From the NCBI RefSeq assembly GCF_016432865.1, contig NC_067399.1:319114001-319178000 (forward strand): a stretch of 64,000 nucleotides of DNA, given 5' to 3'. A program made the translations under genes and the position numbers. The stretch is from Antechinus flavipes. Lineage: Eukaryota. The notes under the pieces are model-generated. The model did not search any database and had not been told where the DNA came from. It worked only from the letters and a program-made list of their open reading frames with translations. Positions 26,401 through 37,263 of the stretch are shown here, piece after piece (within the stretch, counting starts at the first letter, position 1; each line of letters begins with the position of its first letter).

Positions 26401-26489
26401 TGTGATATAAATCATAAATGCTCTAATCATGGGATCATCGATAGAGCTGGAAAGGGCTTTAGAAGCCATCGAGTCCCTCCCCGCCAATG

Positions 26490-27480
26490 ACTCACAAATC
26501 CACATTCCTCCTCCCTTTATCCCACATTACCAGCTGCCTATTGGACATGTCTTGGAGATGTCTCAAACTCAACATGCCCAGAGCAGAACTCATTTTCCTC
26601 CCACCCACCCCACCTCTTCCTGTCAGAGACAGCATCATTCTTCCAGGCCTTCAAGTTCATAACCTTAGTGTTAATCTTGACTCCTCACCCTACTTATCCA
26701 AGCAATTGCCAAATCTAGCTGCTTCCACAACATCTCTTGTGTTAGATCCCTTCTTTATTCACAATAGGCACCAGCTTGTTTAGTTTCTCATCACCTCTTG
26801 TCTAGACTATTACAATAATCTCTGAATTGGTTCTCCATGCCCTAGGCTTCTCCCTCTTCCAATCTGTCCTATACATAGATGCCAAAATGATTTTCTATAA
26901 GTATTTTGCCGTCTGGATGCCATTCCTCTAATCAACAAACTCCAGAGTTTCTATCACCTCTAGAAATAAAATATCAATGCTAGCTTTCAAAACCCTTTAC
27001 AATCTCATCCCAACCTTTCTTTTCAGTTTTATTCATTATACATAATTATTTATCCTATACTCTACGATCCAGCCAGACTAACCCTCTCCCTCCCCCTCCT
27101 ACCTCCCTTTCTTCTCCTTCCCTCTCCTCATATGGCACTTCAAATGTCTGTCTTGACTGACCCCCAAGCCTGGAATATATTTTCTCATCACTTCCATTAC
27201 CTCAAATCCCTCTCTTCCTACAAGATTAAATTTAGGTACCCCCTAAGATGATAGGTCTTTCCTAATTCCCACTCCCACCCCCAAATGGTAGTCTGATGCT
27301 CCCTCCCTAAGAACTATGACTTTATTTTGTATATACTGCATATACTCACCCTGTAGTACACTTGTCTCTTGACAGAAATATATGCTCTTTCTGAGTAGAG
27401 ATTGCTTCATTCTTTGCATTTGTATTATTAGTGCCTGTCACTACCGTGTCTAGCATAGTAGGCACCAAATAATTGCTTGT
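26490..27480 (+). mobile_element. Degraded L2 (3' region)
   Basis: gtctcaaactcaacatgccc...atcttgactcctcaccc...tagcatagtaggcaccaaataattgcttgttgattg. Confidence 0.6.
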
Positions 27481-30400
27481 TGATTGATTTATATCCCCAG
27501 TCCCTCTCTCAGTGCCTGGCTTAGAATGTGATTAAAATATGCTTGTTGATTTGTATTCCCAGGTCCTCTCATAGTGCCTGACTTCAGAGGTGTTTAATAA
27601 ATGCTTAAATTGAATTTATGAAAATAGATTCATTACTTCTTGGAGGATTCTTTGTACTTGTTTCCCCAGTGTAAGACTTATCCTTCCTAATAGATATAAC
27701 AGCACAAAAATGAATAAATGAGTTAACCACTAGCTATTTCCTGATACAATGTTCTCTAGTGCAAATCAAATGATTTGGGAAGAGACTTCCTCTCTCCCAA
27801 GCCGGAAGGCAGCTCCTTCTCTTTTTTTCCTCCCTCTTTCTCTCTTTTTAAATATCTGGGACACTCTGCAACCTTAAAGACTTCTTTCTTATTCATCTTG
27901 GCCAGAGTTATAACTAGCAAGTTTGACAAATAATATGTAATACAGGGTAGATGGGGGTGAGGGTACCTCCAAATAGATTTTCTTTAAACAAATTCACTTG
28001 TGGAAGGGGAAAGAAACCTTGATGTGGTCCAAGTTTTGCTGAAATACTAACAAGAAAAGGAGAAAGGCAGAGAGAGGCCAAGAAAAAAAGTTTGATCTAG
28101 GTGGGGAAGGAGGGCAATGAAGAAAAGGAGAGGAAGTGGGCCATCTGGTATCTTCCTATTTTAACTCATTTTCATTCTAAATGCAAAGCTCAATTTCTAC
28201 CTACTAAAAAAGCACAAGTGCTATTAGCTCCCTCTAAATTTTGTTACTTGGGAAAAAAAGCCCCACTGACCATGCCCTAGTTATAGCTCTGATGTTGACC
28301 CAGAGATAATTTCACTTGGTTCTCTCAGACTCTGAGAAAGCAATTTGATATAAACATGCACAATGTAAAGAATACTGGCCCTGAAGTCAAAAAACCAGAA
28401 TCCAAATCCCACTTCCAATGTGTCTTTAATAAGTCACTTCCTAAAGCTTTAGTTTATCCATCTATAAAATGGGTGGGAGGGAGGAATGGATCAGAATATC
28501 TTTCCAGCTCTAGATTTATTGATCCTGATTAATTTTCTGAGCATAAGGAACAAAATAAGTAAGCAATTAGAGCCTGCCCCTGACAGCAGATTTGGACACA
28601 ACTTCCTAAAGCTTTACTCATCTGTAATGAGTTTGTGTGTTGGAAGGTGGGGAGTAGAGAGATGGATTAGAATACTTCTAGGTTCCTTCCAACTCTAGAT
28701 TTATTGATCCTAAGTAATTTCTTAAGCATAAGGAACAAAACAAGTAGGGAACCAAGACCTCCAAACCCTGTCCCTGACAGCAGATTTGGACGCTTCTGCT
28801 TTGTCGTGGCAGTCATACCTTACCTCCCTACCAATCATTTTTTGGGCCACGATTGATCACTTCAGTGCTGAGGTGGGAGTAAAGTGGGGGGAGGGATGCC
28901 ACTGGGAAAGAAAAGTATAAGAAGAGCAGAGCAATATACATCACACCTGTAATTTTGTCATGGAAGTAAGAGGAGAAATGGGAGGGGTACGGAGCTGGAG
29001 GGACTGAGCAGAGGGGCCAACCCAGAACAAAAACACCCATGTTACCTACACTTTAGTGCTCTGGATGCCTGAAAGACCTGGGAGTTCTCTCTTCTGCCTT
29101 CAGTTCTATCACTCCTTCAGCTTGGAGGGGTGAGGTGGGGAGAAGTGGGAGCTGATCCTAATTAAAGCCGGCTAGCAGAATAGGAGTAAATGTGACCACA
29201 GCAGGAAGGGCAATCATGGAGCCCATGAGCAGTGGAGAGGACTCCGTCAACCCACCATAAAGGGCTTGGGCTCATCCTTATTTATTTGGAGCTTGTCAGA
29301 ACCAATCACCGAGACAGGCTTGACAGCTGTGGGGAAAACCAGGGCATCTGTGTGGCAGAGCCTCGGCCAGAAGCCTTGGTGACCTGTGATGCTCTAGCAC
29401 TATGCCCATTAACTCTCTAAATAGCTGTAAAGCCTGGGGTATTCTTGCGTAAAAAGCTAGGCCCCCAACAGAATCCTAATTATCTGAAGTGGGGGGCTAA
29501 CAGGAAGGCAGCCAATAGCACCGTGCTCAATGCTTCGACCTTCCCCATCATGAGTCGAGTTGAAGATTTCTCCTGGGACCCCTCCCTCCCTACTCCCCAC
29601 CAGCTCACTTTCTTTTTGGTAAATGGAAAAGCGGACCACCTGAATCTAATTCTGGAGATGCTCAGGATGACTCACACTACCTCCTCCGCTCCCCTCTCCC
29701 ACCTTTCCTTCAGCTTCTCCCCCTCCCCCAACCTCTGCCAATCCTCACCCCAGACCCCCTCCTTTTCCCTCTCTTCTCCTCTCCCTTAACAACTTGCATA
29801 CCTGTTTTGCCTATTCTCCCCATCTTATTTCAGGTTGTAAGCCCTCAGAGAGAAAGGTACATGTAAGCAGCCTATGAGATGGAGCAGGGTTTTTTTTTTG
29901 GGGGGGGAGGAGGCATGGGTTGGATCCTCATAGCAGCTGGGCATAATAAATCAGGAATCTCTGGGTGATTAATGCCAAGGTTGGCAACCTCTTATAAGTG
30001 GCTTGCCAAGGTTCAGACCCCTTTCCCTCTGGCATACTAGTACTAGGAATGATAAACAGGCTCTCTCTCCATACTGGGAGGAGGGAAAGGGAAGGACAAA
30101 CATCAAGTTTCATCATCAGGAAAAGGGAGATTGGGAATTGACTATTCCAGCTCCCAGTCCTCAGTTAAAAAAAATTCCCTAAAAGCTCACAAGGGAGACC
30201 GATAAGTAATCATACCCATCACCTTCTCTGGCCCATGAGCCAATAAATCTCCAGGGATCCAGTATATGGGTGAGGTCTACCCTGACCCTATTCTTGGAAC
30301 AACCAGTTTCCATGGGCCTCCAACTCACTTTTTTTTTCTATTGTGCTCAGTTCTTAGAGCTCTGCAGAGCATTCCTAATAAGGAGGGAAAGGATATCTCA

Positions 30401-30603
30401 ATTCCTAGTCCTGATAATATACTCAAATGCCCACCTTTCTGGGAATAGCTCTTAAGTAGATGAATTTTGGGGAGCTGTAGCTATCCTTCTGGCCTGATTT
30501 GTATGAAGGTTTCTGAAGCCATTGAAGTTCTCCCTCCATCACCTACCTACTAATTCTGCCTAAATGCCTTAAATAACTCCCCTGCCTTAACAGGGCTGGC
30601 TTG

Positions 30604-30751
30604 AGGGGGCAGCTAGATGGCACAGTGGATAGAGCACCAGCCCTGGAGTCAGGAGGACCTGAGTTCAAATTTAGCCTCAGACACTTAACACTTTCTGGCT
30701 GTGTGACCCTGGGCAAGTCATTTAACCCCAGTTACTTTAGGAAAAAAAATT
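30604..30751 (+). mobile_element. Full-length WSINE1-type SINE with 12-bp TSD
   Basis: agggctggcttg at 30592-30603 and 30752-30763. Head gggggcagctagatggcacagtggatagagc, B box gagttcaaat. Confidence 0.9.
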
Positions 30752-33074
30752 AGGGCTGGCTTGGAAATCCAAACCTAGCAAGTGAAAGTTCCAAACATAT
30801 ATGGCCAGGCGAAGGTTAGAAAGTCCTCCTGGTCATCTGGGAGAGTAGTGTTTCCTGTTTCCTAGGAAATGCTGGACTACTCTTACTCAGACATCAGACA
30901 TGAGACCCCAGTGTCAACTGAAGGGCTCTTCCCACCATCAAGCCAAGGTTTAATCCATCAATCAATCAAGATGAATTTATGAAGCACTTAAAATGTGCTA
31001 AGCACAGGGGAAGACTGTAAGGAGGATGCTATCATTACCAATTTCATTGAATCCTTTTCTCCTAAAAACTGCGGTGCTGTGAGCAAATCATGCAGCCTGG
31101 CTACAGGATGCAGAACCAGCATCTGGGTTGAGAAGGGTAACTGACAACTTCTTCATCCCAAAGGAAGTTGTACTGGTTCTGAGTTGTTTGTCTTTCCAGG
31201 GAGGTGATGCTTTGACTTGAAAATGAATTGGATTTAAGTGAGCAGAGCTGTGCAAAAATCACCAACCTCACTTGTTCCTGTGACCCCCCTCTGGGTCCAG
31301 TAACAAAACATAGAGCAGGACTGGAGATGGCTCTGGATGGGTTCTGAGTAGACGGGGTTCACTAGCATAGGCCGGGAGGACAATTGGAAGATAGACAATA
31401 GTTACCACCTATACAGGTGGAAAGAGGTGGAGTCCCCAGCTCTGGCTGAACTGTGTGACCTTTCCCTCCTTAATAATGGGGAGCAATACTATCAGAATCA
31501 TAGATCTAGAGTTGGAAGGGCCCTTAGAAACCATATTGCCCAACCCCCTCATTTTACAATTGAAGAAATAAGGCACAGAGAAGTGACTTATCCATAGGTA
31601 ATTCCACCCAGGATTTAAACGCGAGGCCATTGACTACACAAACAGCCTCCTTTTTACTGTAAAAATCTTCCAGTTCCCTTATTGTTCCCAACCTGAATGA
31701 CTAAGAATCAGACACTCCCTGACTTTGACCCACTTGATGCCCTGAAAGTCAAGAGCTGCCCCTAGGTCCCTTAGTCTGTGTACCACCCCAGCTCCCTGAG
31801 AGGGCTGCCCATTTTCTCCAGCCCCTTTCAATTTCTCTATCCGGTCTCCTTTCCTTCGCCCCGAGCTGCTGTGTTTAATAGGCCAAAGCTTGCCAGAGGA
31901 TAGCTGCTGACAACTCCAACCGGTTTTCTCCCCAGGCGCCAGGGAGATTTACTAGCTGAGGCTTCACAGACCAGCTGGAAGCAGTTGGAACCTGTTTGAA
32001 TGGAAGAAGCCACCCCAGGAGATAACCCTCCAATAGCTCTTCTTCCCTCTCTCCCCCATCCCCACACATCTGCCCAAGAGCAGGACCAGGGACTCCTGCT
32101 CAAAAATATCTAGCCCCAGGAAAATTTCCCCATGTTCCCAAGTTTGGGTTACATACATGGAAGGCAGAATGTCAGTTCTTTGAAGGAAAAGATCATTTTG
32201 TCTTTTTCTCCAATGCACGCACATTTATTGCTGTTATTCAATTTGACTGCGACCCTAATTTTGGGGTTTTCTTGGCAGATATTGGTTGGGTTGCCATTTC
32301 CTTCTCCAATTCATTTTACGGATGAGTAAAGAGTCTACAGGGTGGTCCAGACACAATGGTTGAAGGAATTGAGGAAAATTAATATTCCTGACTCTAGGCC
32401 AGGTACTCCATCTACCCTGCCATTTATAGACTGAGGCAAAAAAATACTTTAACCCTCACCATTTTGCCAAGGGTTTCTCTGATCTAGGGAAGTCACTTTG
32501 AATAAATGGGGATAACCAAAGCCATAATTTTGGGTAGAAATGGGGAAAATGCAATTGGAAACCCAAATGCCTCCCTGAGTAGTTAAGAGGAAACAGCTGG
32601 ATTTGGAAGCTGGAGAACTGGTAAGCTCTGATAAGTCACAACCTCAAAGGACCTGTATCTGTATCTGTGACATGAAAGGATTTGAGGTTCCTCCCAACCT
32701 TAAATGTGTTCTGAAATAATGATACTAATATGAGCCCATTCCAAATCTCAGTCTCCAATACCCCACTTCCTCCCTCACCAGCCAACAATCTAATTGTCTA
32801 ATAGATATAATCGATATATCTCAGCCTGTTCCCAGAGCCAGAGTAGGAGATAAGACTTCCTCTCCTTCCTCTTAAGAAATTTGTCATATTCCCATCTACA
32901 CAGCCTGGTGCTACAAATAGGGTGAGGAAATTAATAAACCTAGTTTTGCTGAATATCAAAGTATATTGATCATTGTTCTTGGTTTAAGGGATGTCCAAGA
33001 ATCTCCAACAGGCTGGGAGAAAAAGAATAAAGGGACAATTTGGTGATTCATGACAATTCCAATAAACTTAGGAT

Positions 33075-33330
33075 GAAAAATACCATCCATATTTAGAGAG
33101 GGAAATATGGAGACTGAATGTGGATCAAAACAGAATTTTCACTGTTTTTTTTCTTTTTTGTGTTTTTTTCCCCCCTTTTGGTCTGATTTTTCTTGCACAT
33201 ATTTAACTTGTATCAGATTGCTTGCTGCCTTGGGGAGGAGGAAATGAGAAAAATTTGGAAGTCTTACAAAAACTATCTTTACATGTTATTTGGACAAATA
33301 AAATACTATTGAGAAGAAAAAAAAAAATAA
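33075..33330 (+). mobile_element. L1 3' UTR fragment with poly(A)
   Basis: atggagactgaatgtggatcaaa...gaaaaatttggaagtc...aaataaaatactattgagaagaaaaaaaaaaa. Confidence 0.75.
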
Positions 33331-33975
33331 AAGGAGCAAAAGAAGCAATGGGGGAATCAGCTCTTTCCTCTGCACATATCCCAAAACTCAAGATTAAAAA
33401 TCCAAATCAGCAGGACTCTCTACCCCTCCTCCATTATACAGCGTTTCCTCTGCTTCACACCCCTTATTTCCCCTCTCCAGATGTCCTCTTGGCATTCCAG
33501 GGCATGCTTCTCCAGTATCACCTGGATTTAGCAAGAAGATCCAAGTTCAAATGTTATATATAACACTTTCTGTGGAATCCCAATCCACTTAACTACGTCT
33601 CAGTTTCCTCATCTGTAAAATGGAGATAAATGGCAGCACCTACCTCAGGATTTGTAGCCAGGACCATCTGAAACGATATATGTTAGTTTTGGGTATTGTG
33701 ACCCTCAGGCAAGAGTGGAGAAGTCATGCCCTAACTGGTGAGGCTGCCACCAGAGTGGATCACCCCCTAGGCTGAGTGATATTTGCCTATCTCCTTCCTC
33801 CCAGCTCTCCCTGCCTAGCAGGAAAACGCTGCTGGAGTTAAGCGGATTTCATGCTATTTTCAAAGCCATTTTCCTAAGAGGGGAAAAAAATTCCCCCTAA
33901 TGTTAAGCCTACTTACAGCTGCTCATTTCCCCAAAGGCTGTTCTTCCTCCTCCACCATACATTTGTGCAGCAATT

Positions 33976-33999
33976 ACACACACACACACACACACACAC
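33976..33999. repeat. (CA)n microsatellite
   Basis: Direct reading. Confidence 0.95.
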
Positions 34000-35009
34000 T
34001 CACACATAACCACCATCCCGCTTTGTTCCTCACAAGCACCCTGTGAGGTAAGTGGGGGCCTGTATTGTTTTACTTGGTTAACAGATGGGGAAGCTGAGTT
34101 AGAGACATTCATTAATTGTGCTGCCCAAGGCCGTGCAATTAGCAAGAGACAGTTATGATGAACACTTTTTTTATTATTATTTATTTCAAGTTAAAAGACC
34201 ATCCATTTTCGAATTAGTACTTGGACCTTTCATTTTACCAATGAAGAAGTCCTCATCTTCATTTAGGTGACATACCTAAAGTGATATAGCATTCTCAAAA
34301 CAAGAGCACTTCTTGAGGGAATTATATATATATATATAGTATAGAATTTTCCCCATCATCCATGTCAGTGGGACAAGAGAAGATTCCAACTGTGGAAAAC
34401 AAAAGGGTTAGAACATCTTTTACCCTGGAGGCCTCCACTCTCAACTGAATCCCAGTATCCAGACTCCTGAAATTCTTATTCTCTCAGTGTAAGCAAAGGG
34501 GCAGCCACAAACTCCAGAGTCAAACTCCAAAAGGGGAGGAAATCTAGCAAGGGAAGGTGACCCACACTTTGCACTTGTGGACAAGTGTGACCGACTGGGA
34601 AGGAGAATTTCTCTCAATTTTCTGACAGGGATGAGGAAGGGCACAGAGTAGACTAGGAGCTGGGTTTCAAATCGGGCAGATTTCATTTCAAATACCGTCT
34701 CAGGATCTTACTCATTGGGCAACCAGGTCATATTTTTCACCTAAATTTGTTCCCTCGTCTGTATAGCAAACTATCTTAGATTTAATGACCTCTGATTTCA
34801 AGTTTCCCCCAAAGATGCTTCATCAATCAGCACAGTTTTTTGATATTACCAGAGCTAGTCCTTGGTGCACCAAGGTCTAGTTGTCCTTAATATAAAGTGA
34901 AGGCTTCTCTTCAAGCAAAAGAAAATGTGAGAAATAGGGCTAAGAGTGGGTCAAGATCCCACTAAGGGTACCTACCCCCTTACCTGGCTTTTCCTCCTGT
35001 GGCATTAGG

Positions 35010-35025
35010 GTGCCATCTGCTGGCC
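35010..35025 (-). promoter_or_regulatory. CTCF-like motif GGCCAGCAGATGGCAC
   Basis: Plus-strand gtgccatctgctggcc closely matches the CTCF core CCASYAGRKGGCRS, in non-repeat sequence. Confidence 0.45.
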
Positions 35026-35847
35026 TTGAGCAGGTAACAAAAGCATTAAACCAAGGAAAATCAGTTGAAAAGCCAGCGTGGCTCTTTGCACCTCAAAAAA
35101 ACCTTAGGAAGCCATCCAGTTTACCCCCTTTATTTTTGAAGATGAAGCAAGGGAGGGCTTGGGAATAAAGAAACTTGTCTAGATAGCGGAGACATAGTTT
35201 GAATCCAGGTTCTCCCATTCCAAAACTAATACTACAGTATGACTATATATGCCCACATCAATCAAAGTGGGAGGGAAGAGGGCCTCCTCCAAATTGCCCT
35301 TGGGCTCCCATGGCTAGCCTCAGGGATGAGGGCTCTGCAGATGAAGGGAGCTGGAGAACCAGCCCCACTGGGGCCCTGCTGATTGGTCCAAGTATCCCAG
35401 CAACTGGTTCCCATCCTGCTGGGCTGCCTGACCTGTCATCGGAAAAAACTTGGCCCTTATTGATCCTAAGCCAGCCAGAGGATGGGAATGAATGGGGGAA
35501 AGCAGCATTTAAGCTGAGAGGGATGCTTGTCATCTCCAGGGCTTCTTAAACGTTTCCCACTCACACCCCCATTTCTGCCGAAAATTTTTATAAAGACTCC
35601 AGGTAAATCGGTACATAAAATAAGTATGCAAATCAAACATTTACTAATAATCATGATTTTGCAATCTTTACAAGACCCCATAAGGAATTACGACTCACAG
35701 TTTAAGGAACTGGGATCGAAACCCTTTTCCAAGTTGAGGAAATAGGGCTAACTAGGTCAAATGACTTATTTAATGTTCTCAGAGAACATAAGTTCAGCAA
35801 AACAAAGAGAAGAGGCAATGGACTGAAGACAAAAAAAAACCCTACTT

Positions 35848-35853
35848 TTTATT
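35848..35853 (-). terminator. Candidate VRTN polyadenylation signal AATAAA
   Basis: Minus strand TGTAAACC-AATAAA-AAGTAGGGTTTTTTTTTGTCTTC followed by U/GU-rich TCTTTGTTTTG; about 1.4 kb of mostly unique sequence back to the stop codon. Confidence 0.5.
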
Positions 35854-37263
35854 GGTTTACAATTCACCAGACAAGAAATTTCACCCACCCCATCCCTATA
35901 ACCTGCTTTTCATTCACACAACTGAATGGTCCCATATCTTTACCTGGAAGAGCCCACTTCTGGGCTGGCAGTCTACTGCTCTATGGGGAAGAGCTGGGAG
36001 ACCTTGCTGAGAGGAAAGAGAGAAGGGGACAGCCAGAGGACAGCTATTTAAGGCATTATTATACCTGTGGTATCACTGGATGGCAACCTGGATGTGATCT
36101 CTTAGAAACACATCTAGTTAAAGAAGGCAGATGTCCGGCTTTTCTGTCTTCTGGGAGAATGGAGGAAACCTTTTCCCAGGCAAACGTTGAGCTGGGCAGT
36201 ATTCCTGCTTCCCCTTCTGCTCCCCCCAGCCCCCCAACACATAATCCCAGGAAGAATTTGGCTCTCCAGTCAATGGGCTAAGCCGGTTTGGACACTTCTA
36301 CTCTCAGCAAAAGTGGAGGAGGAAAAGAAGATAAGACTAGAACCAAATTATTTACCTCTATAGGGCCAGCTTTCAGCACTTCCCAATCCCCCAAATACAT
36401 GCAACCTCTCTGAATCACACTGACCCGGTAAGAGGGAACCAGACTCCAGACAGCAATCAGATCTCAGCTTGATGTCTTCACCCTCAGGAGCCAAACCACA
36501 GTAGGAATGGCTTTTTAGTCTTCAACACCCAAAACCCCACTACATTCCTGCTGCAGCTTGCTGGAGATAAGTGAGTGCCAGGGGATCAGGGCACTTCGAG
36601 CCTGGCAGAGTTCCCTTGAGTTCAGGGGTCAATGGTAGGTAGATTAGGCTTGGATAAGTAAAACCCCCACACTATAAAGGCTGCTGCCCCCATGGACGCA
36701 CCATATTCCAGTTCTCTGCCCGGAAACCAACACCACCACTGCTGCCATGATTCCCTCCTTCAGTTCTATTCATACCCGATAGGGTCTGTCTGAGCAGGGA
36801 AGTCTGGAGGGGACAACTAATAAAAAAAAATCCTCAAAAACCATAGAAATAGAGGTACACAAACCTTTCTTACCATCAAGGTTGGGAAAAAAATAAAAAA
36901 CAAAACAAAAAATAGCCCCTCTCCACCTTCACCAGTCCCTAAGGTCCCTGAGAAAATGAACATGCGCTCCAGTGGGTCCCTGCCCACCAGTTTCACTCTC
37001 CTTTTTCAGGAGAATCAGAACTTGAAAATAAAAAAAATGAGAATAACAAAAGACTACGAAACTGAGAAGGCATCTTATGTCGCGCAACATTAAGACATGG
37101 GCAAAGCAGCCCAGCCACGGCCTGGGACTTTGCACCAGTGGCCGAGGGGGAAAGAAGTCGGGCCAGTATTTTCTCTCTCAGGAGGGCAGGAAGGGTGATC
37201 ACCGCCGCCCTGAAGGGGTCCTGGTAGGGTGTGGCTAAGCTCCAAGCTTGCTCCCCAGGCACC

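Noticed and set aside
30604-30680. tRNA-like A/B boxes
   Set aside because: These are SINE heads, not tRNA genes: no cloverleaf, followed by SINE core and TSD.
35626-35633. Octamer ATGCAAAT (also 25843-25850) as an OCT4 site
   Set aside because: No adjacent SOX motif, and a few hits are expected by chance in 64 kb of AT-rich DNA.
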